A stretch of 64,000 bases of DNA, from assembly GCA_964634935.1 (NCBI GenBank), contig CAZWJT010000009.1, forward strand, positions 31,852 through 95,851. Direction: 5' to 3'. A program made the translations under genes and the position numbers. Under the pieces are notes generated by a model. That model was not told where the DNA came from. It searched no databases and was given only the letters and a program-made list of their open reading frames with translations. How positions within the stretch are numbered: the stretch's first letter is position 1; every line of letters starts with the position of its first letter. Shown piece by piece: positions 1-7,989 of the stretch. The DNA comes from an uncultured Planctomycetia bacterium (GTDB lineage: Bacteria > Omnitrophota > Gorgyraeia > Duberdicusellales > Duberdicusellaceae).

Positions 1-113
1 GACCTGCGGATATAAGTCTGCATTGCCGTTGCCGCAGCAATGACGATAGCAAAGAGAATCGCGTACTCCGCGGTTGATTGAGCCTTACGAAACTTTATAC
101 ATTGTATTAACAT
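1..113 (-). CDS. Flp/class III signal peptide-type prepilin (N-terminal 37 codons; 3' part lies beyond window start)
   Basis: Manual minus-strand translation from ATG at 113..111 gives MLIQCIKFRKAQSTAEYAILFAIVIAAATAMQ, with the same KAQS-x-EY plus hydrophobic helix as the five downstream pilins. AAGGAGGTGG RBS lies immediately upstream. Confidence 0.55.
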   Translation of the reverse strand, partial: MLIQCIKFRKAQSTAEYAILFAIVIAAATAMQTYIRR

Positions 114-147
114 TTCCACCTCCTTACCTTTATACTCATTGCTGCGT

Positions 148-354
148 TTAATTTCCGGTATTGCCCGTGGGAATCTGTAAGGCAACCTGGCTAATCTGGT
201 TTGCCGCTGACTCAGTAACATTTCCTGTTTCCTTAATGCTATCTTCTACCTTCGTCTTGATATGCGCCGAAGCAACAATAACCGCTGCAACAATAGCTGC
301 GAGAATAAGTGTGTATTCAAGTGTGCTCTGTGCTTTTGTGCGTACCATCTTCAT
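148..354 (-). CDS. Flp/class III signal peptide-type prepilin (68 aa, major pilin candidate)
   Basis: N-terminus MKMVRTKAQSTLEYTLILAAIVAAVIVA: a basic leader, an A/G/S-Q prepilin-peptidase-type site, Glu at +5, then a hydrophobic helix. The small size fits a Tad/archaeal-type pilin. Confidence 0.65.
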   Translation of the reverse strand: MKMVRTKAQSTLEYTLILAAIVAAVIVASAHIKTKVEDSIKETGNVTESAANQISQVALQIPTGNTGN

Positions 355-380
355 CGTAACACCCCCCTTTTATCGTTTTA

Positions 381-596
381 TTATTGAGTTGTCCCGCTCC
401 CGGAATTACTATTGGGAATAGAGCTTACCGCCTGATTCACCCGTCCTGCAGCATTCGCCATGACATCTCCTGCGTTCTGAATCCCGGCAGTGACTTTCTG
501 CTGCACGTGTCCTGAAGCAGCGATAATCGCCGCTATAATCGCTGCGAGAATAAGCGTGTATTCAAGTGTGCTCTGACCATGTTTTATTCTCATCAT
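381..596 (-). CDS. Flp/class III signal peptide-type prepilin (71 aa)
   Basis: MMRIKHGQSTLEYTLILAAIIAAIIAA; paralog of 148..354. Confidence 0.65.
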   Translation of the reverse strand: MMRIKHGQSTLEYTLILAAIIAAIIAASGHVQQKVTAGIQNAGDVMANAAGRVNQAVSSIPNSNSGSGTTQ

Positions 597-605
597 TCCT
601 CCTGC

Positions 606-1163
606 TTAAGGCTGAGCTTTTTGGTTATCCTGCCCATCCCCAGAATTATAGTTTACAAAATTATCTCTCTGTTGTTCTGCATATTGAAGATCTACCGAAA
701 GAGTTGGCGGATTCTGGATAAAGTTACCAAGTTGTGCTAGATTGTTCGGCACGCCGTCAGCATTCTGGAAATTCATTCCGCCAATCATATTAAAGAAAGA
801 GGCCATTGCCTCATTTTCGCCCGAACTAAAATTAACGAAATTTTCTCCGGCAAAAGTCTGATCTGTTTCCTGGGCTCTTGTGTCAAAAATACTTTGAATT
901 CCTCCGCCGCCTAAAAATACGTTTTGAATTACCTGGGAAAGTTGCGTTGAAATATCCGGAGGAAGCGCGGCAAGCCGCGGGAGCGTATTCCGTTCCCGAA
1001 GGCTCTCGCTGAGTTGCTCATGGGCAATGCGTGACTGCGCCGTGATAGCGCGGTTGATATAGGTGCCCATGGTCACGAGGGCCGCTGCAACAATCACGAT
1101 AACAAAAGCATACTCAAGCATTCCTTGTGCTTTTTCCTGTCTCTCTTTTTGTGAATGCATCAT
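606..1163 (-). CDS. pilin-like protein with class III signal peptide and N/G/Q-rich C-terminal domain (185 aa, minor pilin candidate)
   Basis: QEKAQGMLEYAFVIVIVAAALVTMG N-terminus, followed by a low-complexity N/G/Q-rich extension. Confidence 0.55.
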   Translation of the reverse strand: MMHSQKERQEKAQGMLEYAFVIVIVAAALVTMGTYINRAITAQSRIAHEQLSESLRERNTLPRLAALPPDISTQLSQVIQNVFLGGGGIQSIFDTRAQETDQTFAGENFVNFSSGENEAMASFFNMIGGMNFQNADGVPNNLAQLGNFIQNPPTLSVDLQYAEQQRDNFVNYNSGDGQDNQKAQP

Positions 1164-1164
1164 T

Positions 1165-1635
1165 TTAATTTCTACCTCCGAGCGAATCTCTCAGATTTGA
1201 GAAATTGCTCCGCACTGTATTCGGAGCATTCGCTACGGTATCTCCAGCGGCAATAATGCTCGCGAGCGCCCCAAATAAATTTCCACTGCTAAGCGCGTTA
1301 TTGGCATTTGAGAGCCTCTGCCCCAGCCCTATCGGGATGTTGGCGATATTAAATACGGAGCCAAGCGCGCTGTCCAGCTGACCAACCTGTGCCTCAAGCC
1401 TGCTGATTGGCCCAATGTCATTCAGATTTACAATCTCAAGCGGCGAGCCATAGCCAAAGGGAGTTGTAGCTTCATGGGAACGCAAAACACTATTGACGTC
1501 TTGCCGGATATTTTCGACGCGCGCCGAGAGAGAGTTCCGCATGTATCCGGTAATCCCGATGAGCGAAATGACGACAATGCCCCAGATGAAAGCGTACTCC
1601 ATCATGCTCTGAGATTTTTTCATTCTTGGTTTCAT
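1165..1635 (-). CDS. pilin-like protein with class III signal peptide (156 aa, minor pilin candidate)
   Basis: MKPRMKKSQSMMEYAFIWGIVVISLIGITG N-terminus; 1-nt spacing to neighbouring pilin genes. Confidence 0.55.
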   Translation of the reverse strand: MKPRMKKSQSMMEYAFIWGIVVISLIGITGYMRNSLSARVENIRQDVNSVLRSHEATTPFGYGSPLEIVNLNDIGPISRLEAQVGQLDSALGSVFNIANIPIGLGQRLSNANNALSSGNLFGALASIIAAGDTVANAPNTVRSNFSNLRDSLGGRN

Positions 1636-1636
1636 C

Positions 1637-1822
1637 TTACAGCATCCTTACGATTTCATCGCGAAAAGTCTTCTCAAACCCTCCCCGTTCAGGGTGAGCT
1701 GAATCACCGCGTATCTTATTTAAAAAATTCCCTAAGACGATCACCGCAAGCATCACGCAAACAAACACAAGCACATATTCAAGAAATGCCTGCGCTTTTT
1801 TTGATGTAGTTCTTTCTTCCAT
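1637..1822 (-). CDS. Flp/class III signal peptide-type prepilin (about 61 aa; ORF track extends to a GTG at 1885)
   Basis: MEERTTSKKAQAFLEYVLVFVCVMLAVIVLG. Start chosen at the internal ATG; the GTG-extended version would add a 21-aa basic leader. Confidence 0.5.
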   Translation of the reverse strand: MEERTTSKKAQAFLEYVLVFVCVMLAVIVLGNFLNKIRGDSAHPERGGFEKTFRDEIVRML

Positions 1823-1968
1823 AAGTATATAAACTCTTTCTAAAATCTTTCCCTGATTTTTCTTCCGCCTCCCTGAAAAGTTCACCTCAACTATATCATA
1901 AATGATTTGAATAAATCAAGGGGATAAAGATTTTTTTTATGAAAAGAATGGAAGCGTTTTCGCAAGAA

Positions 1969-3378
1969 CTAGCCGCGAAGAAAGATTTTCCGCGAATTGA
2001 AAAAAATTGGACTCTCGTTAAACGAATCAACTGCAGCCGCAAAGATGTCTTCCTGCATTCCCTTAAGGGCAATTTTCTTTGCTGTCTTGGTGGATTTCAG
2101 AAAAAAACCAGGAAGCGCCAAAAATACAGGTAATTGATCATCTGGGATACCAAATTTCTCAAAAGCATATGATTTTATCAAAATTAATGCGATCTCAGAT
2201 AGAGAATTATTGCTGGAAAAAAGACTTTTTTTATTTAAAGAACGAATATTATATGATATTTTATTGATTAAATCGAGTTTTCGTATAAAACTATTGTTTG
2301 GCTCTGGCCATGAACCGAGATAATTCAAAGTAAGCTTGCCGCAAGATGAAGATGTCCTCTCAATATTTGTAAGCAAACCCCATTTATATTTGTTGTTATC
2401 TATCAGGACATTCCTAAATATAACTCTATTTATACCATATAGTTGTGAATATTCTACATCATAATCAACAATATGGTATCTCCTTTGTCCAACCATGGTA
2501 TTCATTGTCTTTTCTTTCTTTATCACATGAAACGACTGGCGAATCTTTTCAGAATAATACCCTAAACAAAAATTAAAATAGTTTACTGTTGGATATTCAG
2601 TAGAAACTACTTTATTATGCTCATCAATGAGCTCAATCTTCCTTATTTTCTGGTATGATGATTTGAAGAAACGAATTAAGAATGGTGAAAACTCATCCAA
2701 AGACTGGCTAGCAAGTATATACCAAACCCCTTGGCCGATAATCTGCTCAAGCCGCTTGCGGGCGGAAGATAAAGGAAGATAGTAAGTATAAGGAATATTT
2801 CCTATATCTACCCAGATTCCTTTAAGATAGGGATCGATATACACAGAAAAACCGTCCGAAAAGTAAACTTTGTAAGCCGCTACTTCTTGAAGGTCGCCCA
2901 GAAATTCTTCTTTCTGGATCCTAAGCGAGTTTTCATCCAACCGTGAGCCATCAGTAAGGCTGTCTATCCCAAAAAACATCTTTACCATCGCGCGAGTATC
3001 TTTCTGATGTTCTGGCATAACCCCAAGGCGATCGAGCAAAAAACGAACAAAGAAACGCAGGTGTTCTTTCTGCTCAGATGGTAATTTGAGCTTTTTGAAT
3101 ACTGGCAAGAATCCAGCCAGATAAAAAAGACCGTAGAGAAAAACAAGCCCGCAATTTGAAAATGAATGGCGGGAAAGCCTGATTTCTTCTTTTCTTCTCC
3201 CTGCCTTAGAACGAAATCCTCTCGCTGCCAGTACCCGCTGCACAAGACTCTTTGAGAGATCGAGCTTATGTTCATGATTTATCCTGCGAGCCAGGACTCG
3301 GCAACTGATAGCAGGATCCCGGTGGTGCCCGGCAAAAATAAGTTTCTTAATACGTGGTGTTACCTTACAGAGCGGCAT
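1969..3378 (-). CDS. hypothetical protein (469 aa) with basic HTH-like N-terminus and AT-rich, N/K/I/Y-rich C-terminal two-thirds; possibly horizontally acquired
   Basis: An uninterrupted 469-codon ORF runs through a markedly AT-rich stretch (about 2100..2900) where stop codons would otherwise be frequent. N-terminus ISCRVLARRINHEHKLDLSKSLVQRVLAARGF resembles a transposase or regulator HTH. I recognise no other family. Confidence 0.35.
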   Translation of the reverse strand: MPLCKVTPRIKKLIFAGHHRDPAISCRVLARRINHEHKLDLSKSLVQRVLAARGFRSKAGRRKEEIRLSRHSFSNCGLVFLYGLFYLAGFLPVFKKLKLPSEQKEHLRFFVRFLLDRLGVMPEHQKDTRAMVKMFFGIDSLTDGSRLDENSLRIQKEEFLGDLQEVAAYKVYFSDGFSVYIDPYLKGIWVDIGNIPYTYYLPLSSARKRLEQIIGQGVWYILASQSLDEFSPFLIRFFKSSYQKIRKIELIDEHNKVVSTEYPTVNYFNFCLGYYSEKIRQSFHVIKKEKTMNTMVGQRRYHIVDYDVEYSQLYGINRVIFRNVLIDNNKYKWGLLTNIERTSSSCGKLTLNYLGSWPEPNNSFIRKLDLINKISYNIRSLNKKSLFSSNNSLSEIALILIKSYAFEKFGIPDDQLPVFLALPGFFLKSTKTAKKIALKGMQEDIFAAAVDSFNESPIFFNSRKIFLRG

Positions 3379-3386
3379 AGATTGTT

Positions 3387-4553
3387 TTAATCCCGGAACA
3401 GTCTTTCTTTAATCCCCAAGGGCGTCGGATAAAGAAAAACAACCAGATAGGTGGAAAAAATCATCGTGAGAATAGTAACGATCTGGATAAACTGCGAAAC
3501 GGTTAAGCTTATTTTCCCTGTTTCCTGGGCGAGAATCGCGATGAGCAAGGCGAATTCGCTTGCTTGACCAAGCCGGATACTCGTTTCATTAACCAGGTGT
3601 TTTTCTTTCTGCCGGGAAAGACGGAAAAAAAGAATATAGAAAAACGGGCGGCTGAGGCAGATGAAAACCGCCAGAACTATTGCTCCAAGAAAAACTGGCT
3701 GGATTACTCCTGGTTTGATCTGAGCTCCAAGCACAAAAAAGAAAAGGACAAGAAAGAAATCCCGCAGCGGCTTAAGTTTTTCTGTGATAAACAGTGAGAT
3801 TGGGTGCCGCGCAAGCGCGACTCCTGCAAGAAATGCTCCGATCTCATAGGAAAGACCAATCCACTGAGCACACGATGCCGCGCCAAAACACCACGCTAAG
3901 GCAAAAACAAAAATGAGCTCATGAAACTTATCCGTCTGGGCCAGCGCCCTTCGAAGAACCTGTTGTTCAAAAAAAAGCAGGATACAGAATAAGCCGAAAA
4001 ACTTAAGGACAATAAATTCCAAAGGAAGAAAGAAATTCTGGCCATAAGAAAGACTCTTTAAAAAGACAAGTACGCCGATGGCAAGTAAATCTTGCAGCAC
4101 TAAAATACCAATGCTGATTTCTCCGATCTTGGCATGGTGTAATTTCGTGGTAGGCAGAAGTTTCACTACAAGCAGCGTGCTCGAAAATGCCAAAGCTGCC
4201 GAAACAAGCAGGCTCTCGGGAAGCGAAAAACCAAAAAGAAGCGATACAAACAAGGTTCCAGCAAACGAAAATATTCCGGCACCAAGGGTGACGAGCGATG
4301 TGTCTCGAAAAAGCCTCAAGAGATGCCGGGGATGCAGCACCGCACCCGCGAGAAATAAAAGTAACGTTATCCCAATGCGTGATGTCGCGCTCAAGAACGA
4401 GACATCCTGAATAAAACCCAGCATCGAGGGCCCGACCAAAAAACCACCTAAAACATACGCAATAAGTATCGGCTGCTTGAGGATAAACGCGCCATAGGAA
4501 AGAACGGCGGTCCAAACAGAAACAATGCCGAGCTGAACAATAAAATAATCCAT
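3387..4553 (-). CDS. monovalent cation:proton antiporter (CPA/Na+-H+ exchanger family)
   Basis: Polytopic; N-terminal IAYVLGGFLVGPSMLGFI matches the Na_H_exchanger/KefB-type signature. Confidence 0.6.
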   Translation of the reverse strand: MDYFIVQLGIVSVWTAVLSYGAFILKQPILIAYVLGGFLVGPSMLGFIQDVSFLSATSRIGITLLLFLAGAVLHPRHLLRLFRDTSLVTLGAGIFSFAGTLFVSLLFGFSLPESLLVSAALAFSSTLLVVKLLPTTKLHHAKIGEISIGILVLQDLLAIGVLVFLKSLSYGQNFFLPLEFIVLKFFGLFCILLFFEQQVLRRALAQTDKFHELIFVFALAWCFGAASCAQWIGLSYEIGAFLAGVALARHPISLFITEKLKPLRDFFLVLFFFVLGAQIKPGVIQPVFLGAIVLAVFICLSRPFFYILFFRLSRQKEKHLVNETSIRLGQASEFALLIAILAQETGKISLTVSQFIQIVTILTMIFSTYLVVFLYPTPLGIKERLFRD

Positions 4554-4562
4554 GCTGTACCC

Positions 4563-5684
4563 TTAATTTTTTGCTACCACCTCGCGCACATACTCCCCCA
4601 GCGCCAGAGAAGCAGTAAGCCCCGGAGACTCTATCCCGATAAGATTGATCAATCGTGGTAAACCCCGGGGAGATTCTTCTTTGACGATAAAATCCTGGAA
4701 TTGATCATCGGGACCCTGGAGTTTTGGCCGGATGCCAGCGATATCAGGAACAAGATCCTGAATCGATAAATCAGGCAGATAAGTGCGTGCGGATTCGAAG
4801 AATAAAGTTTTATCGGACTCGCGCACCGCGTAGTCGATAGCCGTGACATATTGAGCATCCGGACCAAGGCGTAATCCTCCGGCGAGGTCCGGAGTAAGAT
4901 GAATACCGAGACTCACGGCTGTAGGAGGCGGATACACAAGATGGCGAATTCCGAATTTCTCAGGGTGCATAATCCGGAAATATTGGCCCTTACAAGGATA
5001 GAGCCGATATTTTTTTTGATTGCCCGCTACTAAAAACTCGTCGACAGAGGGAGCATTGAGTCCGGCGCAGTTGATTACCCAGTTGCTTAAGAACGAGAAT
5101 CTTTCTCCATTTGGCTCCTGAACGGTGACGCGGTATCTGTTGTTCTCGTGCGCAATCCCCACAACTTTTACCGAGAACGAAAAATCAACGCCTCGACTTC
5201 TTGCAAGAGCGAGTAAACAATTCATCAGGGCGTGAGAATCAACGATTCCTGTTTCTTCAAACAAAACAGCAGCACGCACACGCAGAGAAGGCTCTTGAGA
5301 AAGAACTTCTGAGCGGGAAAGTGAACGAACATTCTCAATCCCGCAGGCAGAAGCATTTTCCACAAGCTTCTGTAAAACAGCCTGCTCGCAGGCATTGGTA
5401 GCAACCAGTAACTTTCCTAGCTTGTGAAAGGGAACTTTATGCCGCGAACAAAACTCGTATAAACAACGCCGCCCTCTTATGCAAAGTTTTGTTTTGAGGC
5501 TCTCCGGAGGATAGTAAATCCCGCTGTGAATGACTTCGGAGTTCCGCGAGCTTGTTTCCTGGCCAAAGGAACTATGCTGTTCAAGCACAATTATACCCTG
5601 AAAATGTCCGGAGAGGGCATGGGCTACCGCAAGACCAACTACTCCGGCTCCGATAACTGCAATTTCGACTTGCTCCATACTCAC
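4563..5684 (-). CDS. lhgO: FAD-dependent L-2-hydroxyglutarate oxidase/dehydrogenase family (LhgO-like)
   Basis: IAVIGAGVVGLAVA dinucleotide fold; NSEVIHSGIYYPPESLKTKLC and PCKGQYFRI motifs match the E. coli LhgO (YgaF) family. Confidence 0.65.
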   Translation of the reverse strand: MSMEQVEIAVIGAGVVGLAVAHALSGHFQGIIVLEQHSSFGQETSSRNSEVIHSGIYYPPESLKTKLCIRGRRCLYEFCSRHKVPFHKLGKLLVATNACEQAVLQKLVENASACGIENVRSLSRSEVLSQEPSLRVRAAVLFEETGIVDSHALMNCLLALARSRGVDFSFSVKVVGIAHENNRYRVTVQEPNGERFSFLSNWVINCAGLNAPSVDEFLVAGNQKKYRLYPCKGQYFRIMHPEKFGIRHLVYPPPTAVSLGIHLTPDLAGGLRLGPDAQYVTAIDYAVRESDKTLFFESARTYLPDLSIQDLVPDIAGIRPKLQGPDDQFQDFIVKEESPRGLPRLINLIGIESPGLTASLALGEYVREVVAKN

Positions 5685-5732
5685 AGAAAATCAGACATAT
5701 TGAATTTTGAAATACCAAAGGACAGCCGGCGC

Positions 5733-6290
5733 TTATTTTTTACTCCAAACATATTTGTCCATCTGCTCATCATAGATTTCAAACCAAAACCCGCTTCCGG
5801 CTCTTCGGTAACGGTCGGCAAAAGATGCTTTCTGTACCTGGGAAAGCGTTGCGTTCGTTTTACGGGCTGTTTCCTGATAGAGTATCTCTCGATCTTGATT
5901 CTCAGCCTGAATCAGCTCCCCTATGCCGCTGAGTTTCTCTTGCGGCACATTACTCGGCAAAACCTGCAGATAGGCATCTTTATTTTCTCCGATATACCCT
6001 TGCTGAAAATATTCTTCAATCTGTCCGACACGCTGTTTCCGCCGCTCAATAGCGCCAGCCACCGAACCCCCATCGTCGGCATACACCTCTCGTATGAATG
6101 AAAAAGAATTTGTTTTCTTTTCCGGAGATCCATAGATCTGGTCTTCGATGGATTCAACTTCCTGAACCACGTGCTGATAGACATCCACCCGCATATTGAT
6201 ATCAACCTTGAGCGGTTGAGCTGTCTGTAAACTCACTTTCGCACACCCGAGAAATGTACAGATTGCCAGAAAAAACAACATTTGTTTCAT
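5733..6290 (-). CDS. lipoprotein, YdbL/DUF1318-like
   Basis: Signal peptide with LGC lipobox; GYIGENKDAYL resembles the DUF1318 G-x-V/I-G-E-x3-G-Y-L motif. 4-nt overlap with the upstream AsmA-like gene mirrors E. coli ydbH-ynbE-ydbL. Confidence 0.4.
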   Translation of the reverse strand: MKQMLFFLAICTFLGCAKVSLQTAQPLKVDINMRVDVYQHVVQEVESIEDQIYGSPEKKTNSFSFIREVYADDGGSVAGAIERRKQRVGQIEEYFQQGYIGENKDAYLQVLPSNVPQEKLSGIGELIQAENQDREILYQETARKTNATLSQVQKASFADRYRRAGSGFWFEIYDEQMDKYVWSKK

Positions 6291-7438
6291 TTTTGCCCTC
6301 CTTGAGTTGTATGGAACACCACCGTTATAGTCCTTTTCCCTGCCGCTTCTGAGTCAAAAGAAAAAGTAAGAGTAATGTCCTTGCCGGAACTTCCGAGAGC
6401 TATGCGCGCTTTATTATACTGATAATTCTGAAGATTCGCAATCAGAGCTTTATAGGAATTTGCCTCAAGATACGGCTTTAAAAAATCGAGCGATGCTTCT
6501 TTTTTCACCGTAAGCGCTCCGCCGCGATTATTGGTAAAATCACCCTGTATGCCCGCCAGCGTTCCTTTCGAGAATACGCAAGAACCTACTCCGCTAAAAA
6601 GTCCTTCAAGGTCGATATCTTCATTCACTACGCGGATCAGGTTCCGCAGAGAGGCGTTTTCGAGAGTAAGAGACGCTGCCTGGGGTTGAAAATTCGGAAA
6701 AGCCACAGCGCCGTTCAGGAATGCTTCCGGTCCAAAAAAACCGTTGTGCGCCCGGGGAAAAATGATTTTTTCTCCATCGTAGTAGAAAGGAATGAATAGA
6801 TCCCGTACTTCATCTCTCTTGAGAACCAATTTGGTAATTTGTAAAATATGCGCCCCGCTGATGTGATTTTTGTTCAACGATAATTTTTCAATTTTGAAAT
6901 CCCTGTAGGCGCAATCAAATCTGCGGATAGAAAGCTGTTCCCCGGGCTGTAGGCGACCTTTCAAAAAATCGCCTTGAAATGAAAAATGGATTTCGCCGCT
7001 TGCGCCATAAACATCATCAAACGCGCAAGAAATGTCTTTCAGGATCAAAGAACACCGAGGAACAAACCCCAAAAAGCCATCTTGAGAAAAACCCGAAGAC
7101 GAAACAGAACGATTCGCGCTATTGCTGCTGAATTTTTTAAGAACAAGCTCCCCGCTTTCAACAACAATGCTGTTTACCAGGAACCCTGTTTTTAAGGTTA
7201 GGGAAAATTGAATGCTTATTTTCCCGCAACGAAAATCCATACCTTCTCTGCGAAGACGCAGATTCTTTATCTGAAAAGATGCGGGGGAAATAGCCAAGCT
7301 TTGTGCGGTACCCTCGATGCCTGTTTTTTCCTTCAGGATCCGGCTTGCGACTTGCAGCAGAATCTTTTCCTTCAAGAACCAAAAGCTTAATAAGGAAACA
7401 ACAGGAACGGCTATGATAAGAAACGTTCTTTTTCTCAT
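6287..7438 (-). CDS. AsmA-family (YdbH-like N-terminal region) membrane-anchored protein
   Basis: N-terminal TM anchor followed by an alternating hydrophobic beta-pattern (FQIKNLRLRREGMDFRCGKISIQFSL) typical of AsmA/TamB-like proteins; operonic with the DUF1318-like lipoprotein. Confidence 0.4.
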   Translation of the reverse strand: MRKRTFLIIAVPVVSLLSFWFLKEKILLQVASRILKEKTGIEGTAQSLAISPASFQIKNLRLRREGMDFRCGKISIQFSLTLKTGFLVNSIVVESGELVLKKFSSNSANRSVSSSGFSQDGFLGFVPRCSLILKDISCAFDDVYGASGEIHFSFQGDFLKGRLQPGEQLSIRRFDCAYRDFKIEKLSLNKNHISGAHILQITKLVLKRDEVRDLFIPFYYDGEKIIFPRAHNGFFGPEAFLNGAVAFPNFQPQAASLTLENASLRNLIRVVNEDIDLEGLFSGVGSCVFSKGTLAGIQGDFTNNRGGALTVKKEASLDFLKPYLEANSYKALIANLQNYQYNKARIALGSSGKDITLTFSFDSEAAGKRTITVVFHTTQGGQK

Positions 7439-7989
7439 ACTCTCTGCTGATAAAACGTGCGGATCTCCGACAATTTTTTCCTTTTTTTCTCTCGGGGTTT
7501 TCTTTCGAGAGGATACCCAACAGTAATCAAAAGGCTGACCGTCTGGTGTCTGGGAATACCCAGAATTTTTTTCACGGCACGCTCGTTAAACCATCCCAGA
7601 AGACAAGTTCCCAAGCCTTCTTCCGTTGCTTGCAACATGAACGCGCTGCACGCAAGACCGATGTCGACCAATGAAAACTGGGTACTCTGGAATAAACCTC
7701 CCAGAAAAGCAAAAAACCCTGATTTCTTCTTGAGTACAGCAACGATCACCGGGGATGTGCGTGCAAAAGAATTCATCGCATAGATTCCGCTTAAAGCCTG
7801 AGTTACAATCGCTCGCGTAACCTCTGGCGTATCGGCGACAACGAACGACCAGGGCTGGCTGTTGCAAGCCGAAGGAGAAAGCCGAGCAGCTTCAAGGCAA
7901 CGGTCAAGAACTTCTCTTGATACAGATCGCGGCGCATAAGCACGTACACTCTCCCGCTGAGAAAATACACCGAGTATCGCCATAATCAC
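7435..7989 (-). CDS. NAD(P)H nitroreductase family protein
   Basis: SACNSQPWSFVV motif and FMN-nitroreductase fold pattern; ATGA overlaps on both sides. Confidence 0.7.
   Translation of the reverse strand: MIMAILGVFSQRESVRAYAPRSVSREVLDRCLEAARLSPSACNSQPWSFVVADTPEVTRAIVTQALSGIYAMNSFARTSPVIVAVLKKKSGFFAFLGGLFQSTQFSLVDIGLACSAFMLQATEEGLGTCLLGWFNERAVKKILGIPRHQTVSLLITVGYPLERKPREKKRKKLSEIRTFYQQRV

Noticed and set aside
1886-1968. Possible promoter for the pilin operon (TTGATT ... TGATAT on the minus strand)
   Set aside because: Spacing and hexamers are ambiguous in a generally AT-rich spacer; too weak to call as a feature.
4003-4515. 170-aa minus-strand ORF in an alternative frame inside the cation:proton antiporter gene
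   Set aside because: Entirely nested in a well-supported gene in another frame; Cys/Trp/Arg-rich composition typical of off-frame translation.
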